Positions 45,142 to 53,772 of a stretch of 64,000 nt of DNA are shown one piece after another. Source of the stretch: a virus (lineage: Duplodnaviria > Caudoviricetes). The stretch lies in IMG/VR virus record IMGVR_UViG_3300020577_007535, positions 1,401 through 65,400 of that record; one strand, given 5' to 3'. The translations under genes were made by a program, and so were the position numbers. Under the pieces are notes generated by a model. That model had not been told where the DNA came from and did no database searches. It worked only from the letters and a program-made list of their open reading frames with translations. Within the stretch, counting starts at the first letter, position 1. Each line of letters begins with the position of its first letter.

Positions 45142-45902
45142 GCCTCGAAGACCGCGCCGCCGAGATCATCGAGCTGCTGGTGCAGGATGCGCTGACGCGC
45201 ATTACGCTGAGCCCCCTTGGTATCTACGGGGCCACCGTCGTCAACACCCACACCAATGGCAAGGTCGATGTGCTCTGCGATGAGGAGCGCATCAGCTACG
45301 TCAACGACTGCGACGTCTACCCCGGCATCCCAGGCTTGCAGGTCACGCCGGTCGCCCAGTCTTTGATCTCGCCGGGGGCGCGGTGCCTGCTGCTGTGGCG
45401 GGGCGGAAACAAGCAGTACAAGACCGTCATGGGCTTCGGCTCGAGCCCGACGAACAGCGCCCGCGCGCTGGAGCTCCAGGTGCGCGAGAAGGTGCTCGTC
45501 AAGGTCCCCGACTACGTGATCGACGGGACGCTGACCTGTAACCGCCTGCTGTCCGGCGGGCGCCCCTCGGTCGGCGCGATCATCGGCATCGCGCTCGGGG
45601 GCGACGACGCGCAGATCATCAGTCAGAGCGGGACCGATATGGCGTTCAAGCTCACGGTCAAGGCCTGCACCAACCTCATGCCGCCGCCGACGGTGGGCCA
45701 GATCGCGCTTGTGCCGTTTGCAAACGGGCCGTACCCGGGCGAGGTGTTCCCGATGGTGATGCCCGACAAGGACGCGCTGGGCCTGAAGATCACGGTGCAG
45801 CCAATCGGGTCGCTGGGCCTTTCCATTAATTGCGACTCGCCCCCGACGCCAGCGCTTCAGTTTTCGGTCGTTGTGCATACGATAGGGACGGCTGCGGCCT
45901 GA
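45138..45902 (+). CDS. Baseplate spike (gpV/gp45-like OB fold plus C-terminal domain)
   Basis: YGATVV...GKVDVLCDEE...PGIPGL...PGARCLLLWRGG. Confidence 0.65.
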   Translation: MSLEDRAAEIIELLVQDALTRITLSPLGIYGATVVNTHTNGKVDVLCDEERISYVNDCDVYPGIPGLQVTPVAQSLISPGARCLLLWRGGNKQYKTVMGFGSSPTNSARALELQVREKVLVKVPDYVIDGTLTCNRLLSGGRPSVGAIIGIALGGDDAQIISQSGTDMAFKLTVKACTNLMPPPTVGQIALVPFANGPYPGEVFPMVMPDKDALGLKITVQPIGSLGLSINCDSPPTPALQFSVVVHTIGTAAA

Positions 45903-45906
45903 CACC

Positions 45907-46329
45907 ATGCCCACCAACTACGGCACCGATATCTCGACGTTCACCAGCCCAGATGGCAGGGCGGACCTCGATCCGAACTTCACCAAGATCAGCGGCGCGC
46001 GCGTCCCCTTGGAGCGCCTGGCGCGCAAGCTCCAGACCCCGGGCGGCTCGATGCTCAAAGCCGGCTGGGGCTATGACGTACGGGACCTGCTGCAAGGCTC
46101 GCTCACGCCTGCTGAAGTCGCCGCCGCCGCCGGTGAGATCGAGCAGCAGTGCCTGGACGAAGAAGAGGTGTCCACGGTCAACGTCGATATCCCGCCGCTC
46201 GGGCCGGACCGGACGCTGAGAATCACGATCCGCGTCGAGCTGGCGGAGGGCGAGGTGTTCGATCTGATCTTTGTCCTGACGCCGGATAACGTCCAGACGA
46301 TCATCAACGCCATCACCGAGGAGTCCTGA
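45907..46329 (+). CDS. Baseplate gp25/gpW-like sheath initiator
   Basis: RLARKLQTPGG...WGYDVRDLL...IEQQCLDEEEV. Confidence 0.8.
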   Translation: MPTNYGTDISTFTSPDGRADLDPNFTKISGARVPLERLARKLQTPGGSMLKAGWGYDVRDLLQGSLTPAEVAAAAGEIEQQCLDEEEVSTVNVDIPPLGPDRTLRITIRVELAEGEVFDLIFVLTPDNVQTIINAITEES

Positions 46330-46331
46330 CG

Positions 46332-47588
46332 ATGGTAACGCTCACCCAGCTCCTGACGGTCAGCACGCCCGTCCAGAACATGAGCTACCTGCTCGGGCTG
46401 CTCGCCGCAGAGGGATACGCCAACACCACGGCCTGGACCACAGGGACTACGCCCGAGGGGCTGCTCGAAGTCGATGCGGTGTCGCTGACGGACGTGCAGC
46501 AGAGCCGCTACAACTTCGCGGCCGGGGGATTGCTCGACTACGCCGGGACGGTGATCGACAAGGAGACCGGGGACACGCCGTACCTGACCCTGCACGGCGA
46601 TCAGGTCTTCAACAACCAGCGCTTCCCGGCGCAGTCGGCAGTCTATCTGGAGCGGTTCACCGACACGCTGGGCATCGGCTACACCATCCAGCCGGGCGGC
46701 GCCGGCGTCAGCCGCGGACCCGGGCAGCCGATCTACCGCACGATCAACACCGCCCCGGTGGCGATCCCGCCGGGCAGCTATGCCGACATCCAGGTGCGCG
46801 CGCCGGTGCCGGGCACCGAGGGCAACGTCCCTGACGGCTCGCTGACCTACTTCGCAGCCGGCGCGCTGCCGGGCGTCACCGTGACAAACCCGGGCCCCGG
46901 CGCGGTGGTGAACGGCCTGGCGTCCGAAGGCGTCGTGCCGTTCGTCAACCGCTGCCGGACGAAATGGGAGCTGCTGTCTGGCGGCGCGACGACGGGCGCC
47001 TACGTCAACATGGCGCTGTTTGCCGGCGCCGGCCAGGTCACCAAGGTCCGCACGCGCAGAAACGCGGTGCTCGATGATCCCGGCCGGGTCGATGTGTACC
47101 TGGCGAATGGCTCCGGACCGGTGGCCGGCGGCGTCGTCACGACGGTGCAAAACTTCATCGATCAGCCCCCGGCTGACGCGCGGCGCATCAGCACCCGCAT
47201 CCCCGAGACGGCCAAGTGCGTGGTGCACAACACCGTGGCGCATACCGTCGCCATCGTCGGCACGATCGCGGTCTGGCCCGAGTACAACAACACGGCGTTT
47301 CTCACCCAGATCCAGGATGACCTGCTTGCGTTCCAGATCGACTTCCCGATCGGGGGCCTCATCCAGCCGCCGCCAAGCATCAGCCCAGACGGCTACGTGC
47401 CGCGCTCGCGCGTCATCCAGCTGCTGCTCAACCGCTCGGGCGTGGCGCTCGGGCCGGCGCAGAGCGTGACGCTGCCGACCCTGAGCATCGGCGGTTCGTT
47501 CACAGATGACATCATTTTGGCCTTCAACGAGGTGCTGGTCTTCAACGTCTCGGGCTTGCAGCTCGTCGCGGTGGCGAGGACCACCTAG
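46332..47588 (+). CDS. Baseplate J-like wedge protein
   Basis: VRAPVPGTEGN, VTVTNP, GATTGAY, PGRVDVYL. Confidence 0.85.
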   Translation: MVTLTQLLTVSTPVQNMSYLLGLLAAEGYANTTAWTTGTTPEGLLEVDAVSLTDVQQSRYNFAAGGLLDYAGTVIDKETGDTPYLTLHGDQVFNNQRFPAQSAVYLERFTDTLGIGYTIQPGGAGVSRGPGQPIYRTINTAPVAIPPGSYADIQVRAPVPGTEGNVPDGSLTYFAAGALPGVTVTNPGPGAVVNGLASEGVVPFVNRCRTKWELLSGGATTGAYVNMALFAGAGQVTKVRTRRNAVLDDPGRVDVYLANGSGPVAGGVVTTVQNFIDQPPADARRISTRIPETAKCVVHNTVAHTVAIVGTIAVWPEYNNTAFLTQIQDDLLAFQIDFPIGGLIQPPPSISPDGYVPRSRVIQLLLNRSGVALGPAQSVTLPTLSIGGSFTDDIILAFNEVLVFNVSGLQLVAVARTT

Positions 47589-47590
47589 CG

Positions 47591-48439
47591 ATGGCGGCCA
47601 ACCTTCCGGACTTCACGACCTATGTCGATTTCCGGCTCCAGATCAATAAGCCTTGGCTCGATGGTCCTTGGGGCCGCGCCTGGCAGACCGCCATGGGTAA
47701 GGCTTGGGACGCCGAATACGACCTGCTAAAGGCCGCCGGCCGAGTCGGCTGGCCCGAGCACACGCCATCGGATGCGCTCGGGCCGCTTGGCTCGGAGCGC
47801 GGGCTGTGGCAGTTCCCGTCCTCGCTGCACCTGACGGGCGAGACGGAGGCCGAGTTCCGGCTGCTGCTCAAGAACGCCTGGGGCGCCTACGGACAGCCGC
47901 TGCCCACACCAGACGGTCCGCACGGCACCCCGGCGGTGCAGCGCTACAGCTTGCCCCAGGGTTTCTGGGAGAAACAGGGCACCCCGGGCGGCCACATCGC
48001 GAACTTCCTGCGCGCCGGCCTAACGAGCGTCGCCGTGTATCGGCAGCACGAGTGGAGTTTCCCCCCGTACGTCGGTGGGCCGCTGTTCAACCAGTGGCAG
48101 CAGAAGTGGAGCACGTTCTACATCGTCATCACCCAGCCGCACGCGTTCGCAGCGCTGCACTGGGGCGACCCGGGCCTGAACTGGGGTCCGATGTCTGGCA
48201 CCTGGGGCAGCACGGCGCTGCCGACCGAAGTGAACGCGCTCAAGTCCCTGGTGACGCAGTACTCCAGCGGGCACTCGACCTGCGCGGCGATCGTGCTCCA
48301 GCTCGGGACCGGGCGACTGTGGGGCACGGGCGCCTGGGCCGATGGCGGAACGTGGGGCGGCACGGGCCTGATGTCCATCGTCTGGCCGGTCGGCGAACGG
48401 CACTGGTGGGAACCCGAGACCGTCTGGCCGATTGTGTGA
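47591..48439 (+). CDS. Baseplate wedge subunit (gpI/DUF2313-like)
   Basis: DALGPLGSERGL...ETEAEFRLLL; follows J. Confidence 0.65.
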   Translation: MAANLPDFTTYVDFRLQINKPWLDGPWGRAWQTAMGKAWDAEYDLLKAAGRVGWPEHTPSDALGPLGSERGLWQFPSSLHLTGETEAEFRLLLKNAWGAYGQPLPTPDGPHGTPAVQRYSLPQGFWEKQGTPGGHIANFLRAGLTSVAVYRQHEWSFPPYVGGPLFNQWQQKWSTFYIVITQPHAFAALHWGDPGLNWGPMSGTWGSTALPTEVNALKSLVTQYSSGHSTCAAIVLQLGTGRLWGTGAWADGGTWGGTGLMSIVWPVGERHWWEPETVWPIV

Positions 48440-48452
48440 TAGGTCTGGACCC

Positions 48453-49484
48453 ATGACGACGACATCGCCAGCCCCCAAGACCCCAGCACCTGCCGCGCAG
48501 CCCGCGGCGCCCCAAGCCATGCGCGGCGAGCCCCTTGCGCTCCAGCTTGAGCGCCTGCGGCTCACGCAGGACATGCTGCTCAAGCAAGCCAACTACCAGA
48601 GCGAGCGTATCGCGATCCTCGGCGCGCAAGCCGCCGACCACCGCGCGCGCATCGCCGCGCTGTCCAAGGAGCCGCCGGGACCCAGGCGCGATGAGATGAT
48701 GGCCGATGCGGAGCGCGAAGCGCGGCTGCTCACCAACCAGAGCAAGGCGCTGCTCGACGAAACGCAGAGCCTGCTGCTCATGCTGCACGGGCCCGGCCCC
48801 GCGGCCGGCGCGCAGGCGGTGCCCGGCCAGCCGGCGGCGCCTCCGCAGGTCACTCCGAAGTGGAAGCGGGGCGAGTTCTGGACGCTGCTGTTTCAGGTCA
48901 CCGACGCGCTGAGCAAGGCCCGTGACTACCTCGACTCGCAGGGCGAAGTGGCCAAGGTCGAGCGCGCGCGAGTCGGCGACATCGCCATGCGCGCGCTGCA
49001 CAAGGCGGTAAACCTGCTCCACCGCGCCTCCGCGCAGTCGCCGCGCGTGAGCATGGGCGCCGACCTCTATGACGAGCTGGCGGAGCTGCTCGGGGACGCG
49101 CTGCGGCTCATCGAGCCGTTTCCGTGGCACCTGGGCGGCATCGAAGGCGGCGGCGAGGCGCTGGACTGGCTGCGAAGCCTGGTGCACGAGGTCCCGCAGC
49201 AGGTCTTTGCGGCCGAGCCTGAAGGCACCCCGTCTCTCGAAGTCCGGACGATCGATCTGGCCGCCAAGATCATCGCCGAGATGGAAGCCGCCGGCTCCAA
49301 GGAGACTCCGAACGCCAAGCTCGGGCTCTTCCACCTGAAAAGCGGCGAGTACTACTCGGCCAAGCGGACCTTCGACGCCACCACCCCGCCGGACCCGAGC
49401 CTCTACGAGATGCGCAAGCTGCGCATCATGATCAAGCAGCTCGACGACGCCAAGGCACAAGCCGCCGCGGCGCCTGCACCATAA
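48453..49484 (+). CDS. All-helical hypothetical protein inserted in the tail operon
   Basis: Coiled-coil N-terminus, helical remainder; composition unlike the flanking beta-rich tail genes. Confidence 0.65.
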   Translation: MTTTSPAPKTPAPAAQPAAPQAMRGEPLALQLERLRLTQDMLLKQANYQSERIAILGAQAADHRARIAALSKEPPGPRRDEMMADAEREARLLTNQSKALLDETQSLLLMLHGPGPAAGAQAVPGQPAAPPQVTPKWKRGEFWTLLFQVTDALSKARDYLDSQGEVAKVERARVGDIAMRALHKAVNLLHRASAQSPRVSMGADLYDELAELLGDALRLIEPFPWHLGGIEGGGEALDWLRSLVHEVPQQVFAAEPEGTPSLEVRTIDLAAKIIAEMEAAGSKETPNAKLGLFHLKSGEYYSAKRTFDATTPPDPSLYEMRKLRIMIKQLDDAKAQAAAAPAP

Positions 49485-49502
49485 CTTTCGGAGCCCCGTC
49501 CT

Positions 49503-50333
49503 ATGCCGACGAACATCATCCCCCCAGCGATTCCCGCGCTCAGCCCGTCGAACTTCTTGATCACGGGCCCGGCCGACAGCGATCCCTTGTTGGCTGCCAG
49601 CGTCAACAACGCCTTCACGCCGCTGGCGGAGCGCTCGAAGATCTCGTTCGTCGGGTTGCGCGGCTCGCGCGCGGCGTATCACGAGTTCGTCTGCGACGAC
49701 GGTGTTACGTGGGTTTGGTCGGGCTTCGCTGCCGCGCGCAGCACGACGCGCTCTTTCGGGAAGGTCTTCACGACCGACACGATCAACAGCCTCGGGCTCG
49801 GCGCGCTCGCCGCGAACACGATTTATTACATCTACGCGCAGGACTCCGGCGGCGTGTGGCAGGTGGTGGGCAGCACCACCCCGCCCGATACCTTCCGCCG
49901 GTACCAGCTCGGCAACGAAGATCTGGTGTTCCTGTCGATGTTTATCACCGACAGCGGCGCCGCGATCGTTCCCTGGTCGCAGTGGGACACCCACTACAGC
50001 TTTACCAACCCCGTCCCCGTCCTGACGGCAGGCGGAGCCACTACGTGGGCCACCGTCGCGCTGAACAACATTGTGCCGCCGTGGGTAGAGCTGGTTACTG
50101 CCGACGTTCGCGTGGTCAACAGCGACAGCACTGACATTAAATTTATCCAGCTGAGCAAAGACGGCGTGACTGCGCATCGGCAGCTTTTCTGCGGCGTCCC
50201 GCCGGCCACAAAGAGCATGTTTGGAAACGCTGAGATGACCATCCCCTGCGCCTCGGGAGGCGTCGGCTTCAAGTACCAGCTCAGCGGCGGTTCCTGCACC
50301 AGCACCATCCGGCTCACTGGGATGTTTCTGTGA
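49503..50333 (+). CDS. Tail fibre / baseplate-proximal fibre protein
   Basis: N-terminal PADSDPLLAASVNNAFTPLAERS; LAANTIYYIYA; beta-rich. Confidence 0.6.
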   Translation: MPTNIIPPAIPALSPSNFLITGPADSDPLLAASVNNAFTPLAERSKISFVGLRGSRAAYHEFVCDDGVTWVWSGFAAARSTTRSFGKVFTTDTINSLGLGALAANTIYYIYAQDSGGVWQVVGSTTPPDTFRRYQLGNEDLVFLSMFITDSGAAIVPWSQWDTHYSFTNPVPVLTAGGATTWATVALNNIVPPWVELVTADVRVVNSDSTDIKFIQLSKDGVTAHRQLFCGVPPATKSMFGNAEMTIPCASGGVGFKYQLSGGSCTSTIRLTGMFL

Positions 50334-50986
50334 GCAAGCAGATCGTCGGCACCGTCCGCAACCTGCTCGCGGATGGCAGCGTGTCCCCCGTCTCTGGTCG
50401 GACGGTCTACGCCATCCCGACGCCGCTCGAAATGCAGACCAAGATCGCCGGCATCTGGTCCGGCGTCTGGGCGAACACGGGCCTGCCGGCTCCGTACAGC
50501 TACGGCATCAAGGCGCTGACGAACACGCAGGGGCAGTTCAGTTTCACGCTGCCGCAGGTGAGCGAGACGAACATCCCGGGCGGCCTGCTCGCTGCGCAGT
50601 GGATCATCCTCGACCCGCTGACCAACATCGTGTACCGGGGCGAGGTCCGCGACGCCATCGCCTCGCCGGTCTCCATCAAGGAACTGCTCGACACCTACGA
50701 GTGGACGGTCAGTTCGGGACAGGTCGCCAGCGGCGCCGGGGCGTCGCGGCGCGGCATCGCGATCTTCAACAGCAGCACCGGCAGCGAGATCGCGATCCCG
50801 CTCGTGCCGCCGATGCCGAGCAGCAGCTACGTCCCGATGGCAGCGAACGCGACGGACGAACTGGGCACGACGCTCTACACCGCGTATGTCAAGCAGGGGT
50901 GGACCGATGCGGAGCTGCGCATCATCATTTCCGACGCTGTGCCGTCTGGTCGCACGGTGCTCATCCCGTGGCGAATCGACGGGTAG
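50330..50986 (+). CDS. Tail-associated protein
   Basis: GTGA overlap; LTNTQGQFSFTLP carboxypeptidase-regulatory-like pattern. Confidence 0.55.
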   Translation: MSKQIVGTVRNLLADGSVSPVSGRTVYAIPTPLEMQTKIAGIWSGVWANTGLPAPYSYGIKALTNTQGQFSFTLPQVSETNIPGGLLAAQWIILDPLTNIVYRGEVRDAIASPVSIKELLDTYEWTVSSGQVASGAGASRRGIAIFNSSTGSEIAIPLVPPMPSSSYVPMAANATDELGTTLYTAYVKQGWTDAELRIIISDAVPSGRTVLIPWRIDG

Positions 50987-51006
50987 CCGAATGGTTGATC
51001 CGATCT

Positions 51007-51030
51007 GATAGTAAAAAAAATATTGCTATC
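51007..51030. promoter_or_regulatory. Palindromic operator, copy 3 (GATAGTAA-N8-TTGCTATC)
   Basis: Same motif as 12776 and 17438; upstream of the lipoprotein pair. Confidence 0.75.
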
Positions 51031-51105
51031 GCATTAGAATCGGTGGCATAGGTCTTTCCAGCTGGGCCGCGCAGTGCGGTTCATCACACCAAGGAGAAAG
51101 ACCCT

Positions 51106-51645
51106 ATGCCGACCGCCATCACCCGCACCATCCTGGCCCCCATCCTCGCTGTCTTCCTTGCCGCCTGCGGCGGTCCCATCACGGGGCCGCACGAGAGCTA
51201 CAACCCCGGCGGCGACCAGACGATCACCAAGCGTCCGCGCCTGGTCGTGGAAACCGATGGGCTCCTGCATGACCGCCTGATGGGCGGTCAGGTCTGCAAG
51301 TTCTTGCCGACCACCGGGACCTGTGAGAAGCGCTGCTACCCGCCGGAGCCGACGTTCCGCGCATGCGGAGGGGACGGCATCGAGTACTTGTACACCCGGC
51401 AGTACCTGACCCGCGTGCAGACCTGGGGTATCAACCGGACCCGCCAAGATCCGGCCTGCGGCGGCGACGAGACGGTCACCCTGGTCAAACTGGTTCAGCA
51501 GACGCCAGAATGGGCGCATCCCTGCGACTCGCCAGGGGAATACTCGCAAAGCACGTTGACCGATCGCATCTGGTACGTGGCGCGCCCGCCCGAGCTGGAA
51601 CCGGCCACCGTCAAGGACATCCCGCTCGACTACCAGCAGTACTAG
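51106..51645 (+). CDS. Cys-rich lipoprotein, paralogue A
   Basis: LAVFLAAC lipobox; AAGGAG SD; six mature Cys shared with 51673. Confidence 0.8.
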   Translation: MPTAITRTILAPILAVFLAACGGPITGPHESYNPGGDQTITKRPRLVVETDGLLHDRLMGGQVCKFLPTTGTCEKRCYPPEPTFRACGGDGIEYLYTRQYLTRVQTWGINRTRQDPACGGDETVTLVKLVQQTPEWAHPCDSPGEYSQSTLTDRIWYVARPPELEPATVKDIPLDYQQY

Positions 51646-51672
51646 CACCTCGAAGGAAAAGGAGCCCCGCCC

Positions 51673-52161
51673 ATGAAACGCCTCTTGCTCGCCTCGCTTT
51701 TTGCTCTGTCCGCTGCATGCACCTCGTCGGGCGGGGCTGACTACCTTCCGCCCGACGCGCACAACACGCCGCGCCTTACCCGAGACGTGTTCGGCTCGAT
51801 TCGCGACCGTCTGCTCGGCAACCAGGAATGCTGGATGCGCAAGCAGTACGGCACCTGCCAGGTCCGGTGCTTCCCAGAAAACATATATAAGGCGTGTGCC
51901 AACGGCATCGCCTACTTCTACAGCCGGCCGACACTCCAGATCGTGCTCAACTATGGGACGGTGGCGCACCTGGCGGACCCCGGATGCGGCGGGGACGTGA
52001 CGGCGGAGCTGGTCAAGGTATCGCCGGACCGGCCGACAAACCCGGTGGACTGCATCAGCGGCGCCGACCTGTCCCCGAGCCTCAACGATCGGTACTGGTA
52101 TCAGGCATACCCGCCGGACGTTGATCCGGCTCTGCTCGCCGACCTGCCCCCGAACCGCTAG
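51673..52161 (+). CDS. Cys-rich lipoprotein, paralogue B
   Basis: MKRLLLASLFALSAAC lipobox; shares GTC..RC.P, AC..GI.Y.Y.R, DP.CGGD.T..LVK and DR.WY.A.PP with 51106. Confidence 0.8.
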   Translation: MKRLLLASLFALSAACTSSGGADYLPPDAHNTPRLTRDVFGSIRDRLLGNQECWMRKQYGTCQVRCFPENIYKACANGIAYFYSRPTLQIVLNYGTVAHLADPGCGGDVTAELVKVSPDRPTNPVDCISGADLSPSLNDRYWYQAYPPDVDPALLADLPPNR

Positions 52162-52200
52162 GGGTTCCCGCGCAAGCGGCTCGGCCGTACACTGCGGCCC

Positions 52201-53772
52201 ATGCCAAGACCCCTCGTCCTCCTCTTCGTTGCCTCCCTCCTATCGCTCTTGTCTGGCTGTGATGCCTCGGGCCAGGTTCACTGGTTCCCGGGCGCATCGC
52301 ATCCGCCTGCTGCCGCTGCCGCCGCCGATCCGGGGGCGCTCGGGACCGCAACCGATTACGTCTCGATGTCTACCCGGCTCGCCCCGAGCGCGCCCGGCCG
52401 GGGGATCCTGTACACCGACAGCCAGACCGGCAAAGTCCGGATGATCGACGCCGCGGGCTACTCGGTGGAGATGGGCACCGCGGACCGGGCGCAGACCTTC
52501 AGCTCCGCGCCGGGCACCCCGAGCGAGGGCAGCATCTATGGCAACACCACCGCGCACACGCTCAACTACTACGACGGCAGCAGCTTCAAGACGCTCGCCA
52601 CCACCGCCGGCACGGTCCCCACGACGCGGCAGATCATCTGCGGCAACGGCCTTGCCGGCTGCGGGGACTTCTCTGCGGACCGCACGATGTCTGTGTCGCT
52701 CGCGGCGACGCCGGGCCTTCAGTTCTCGGGTGGCGGCGTTGCGGTGCTGCCCAAGCCCGGCGGCGGCCTGGCGGTCGATTCCGGGGGCGTGTATCAGAGC
52801 GCCTCGGGCGTCTCGGCGGCAAGCTACCCGACATCGGGGCAGATCCCGACGTTCACCGTCAACGCCTCTGGCCATCTGACGGCGGCGGGCAGCTCCACCG
52901 ATGGCAGCGGCCTAGCCTCGCTCAATGCCAGCTCGCTCACGAGCGGCACCGTTCCGACCGCGCGCCTGTCCGCCATCCCGAATGCCTCTCTTGCCAACAG
53001 CAGTGTATCGCTGACGGCGGGCACGGGCCTGACCGGCGGCGGCTCTTGCTCGCTCGGGGCGAGCTGCCCGGCCATGTCGATTGACTCCACCGTCGTCACC
53101 CGCACCGGCACCCAGACGCTCACCAACAAGACGATCGACGGGGCGTCGAACACGCTCAGCAACATCCCCCTCGGCTCTGGCGTAACCGGGGTGCTCGGCG
53201 TCGCCAATGGCGGCACCGGACAGAGCACGCTCACTTCATACGCTGTGCTCGTCGGCGCCGGCTCCTCGATCTCCCTCGTGGGCCCAGGGAACGGCGGGCA
53301 GGTCCTGACGGGTCAAGGCATGTTCGCGAGCCCCACGTTCGCAAACCCCGTCACCGCGACGTACGGCACCGCGACGCTCGGCAGCACCTATACGATCCCG
53401 ACCGACAACGGCTCCTACGCCAGCACGGGCCTGACCATCCCCCTGCCGTCGGACGGCACCTATGCAGTCTTTTACGAGGTCCGCTCGAACATCCAGGCCA
53501 GCACCACCGCCGGGGCCTACATCCTGACGGAGCTGTACAACGTGACCGATGCGAGCGTAGTGACCGACTCAGAGAAGATCGGCGCCTACGGCAGCACCAT
53601 CAACGTCGCGTACTACGGCAGCGCCACCGCGATCATGATCGTCACCGTCAACGGCAGCAAGACCATGGCGGTCTATGCCAAGTGCGTCGCGCCCAGTTCG
53701 ACGGCGACGCGCACCATCAACAGCGACGCCAACGGAAGGAGCCGAATCGGATATGTCAAGCTCTCAAACTAA
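52201..53772 (+). CDS. Tail-fibre-like protein carrying a lipoprotein signal peptide
   Basis: MPRPLVLLFVASLLSLLSGC lipobox; fibre-like S/G/T-rich repeats (TRTGTQTLTNKTI, VLGVANGGTGQST); TACACT 7 nt before the ATG. Confidence 0.7.
   Translation: MPRPLVLLFVASLLSLLSGCDASGQVHWFPGASHPPAAAAAADPGALGTATDYVSMSTRLAPSAPGRGILYTDSQTGKVRMIDAAGYSVEMGTADRAQTFSSAPGTPSEGSIYGNTTAHTLNYYDGSSFKTLATTAGTVPTTRQIICGNGLAGCGDFSADRTMSVSLAATPGLQFSGGGVAVLPKPGGGLAVDSGGVYQSASGVSAASYPTSGQIPTFTVNASGHLTAAGSSTDGSGLASLNASSLTSGTVPTARLSAIPNASLANSSVSLTAGTGLTGGGSCSLGASCPAMSIDSTVVTRTGTQTLTNKTIDGASNTLSNIPLGSGVTGVLGVANGGTGQSTLTSYAVLVGAGSSISLVGPGNGGQVLTGQGMFASPTFANPVTATYGTATLGSTYTIPTDNGSYASTGLTIPLPSDGTYAVFYEVRSNIQASTTAGAYILTELYNVTDASVVTDSEKIGAYGSTINVAYYGSATAIMIVTVNGSKTMAVYAKCVAPSSTATRTINSDANGRSRIGYVKLSN

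Noticed and set aside
38343-48439. Stand-alone contractile injection system or tailocin
   Set aside because: Terminase, portal, protease and capsid genes are all present, so this is a phage tail.
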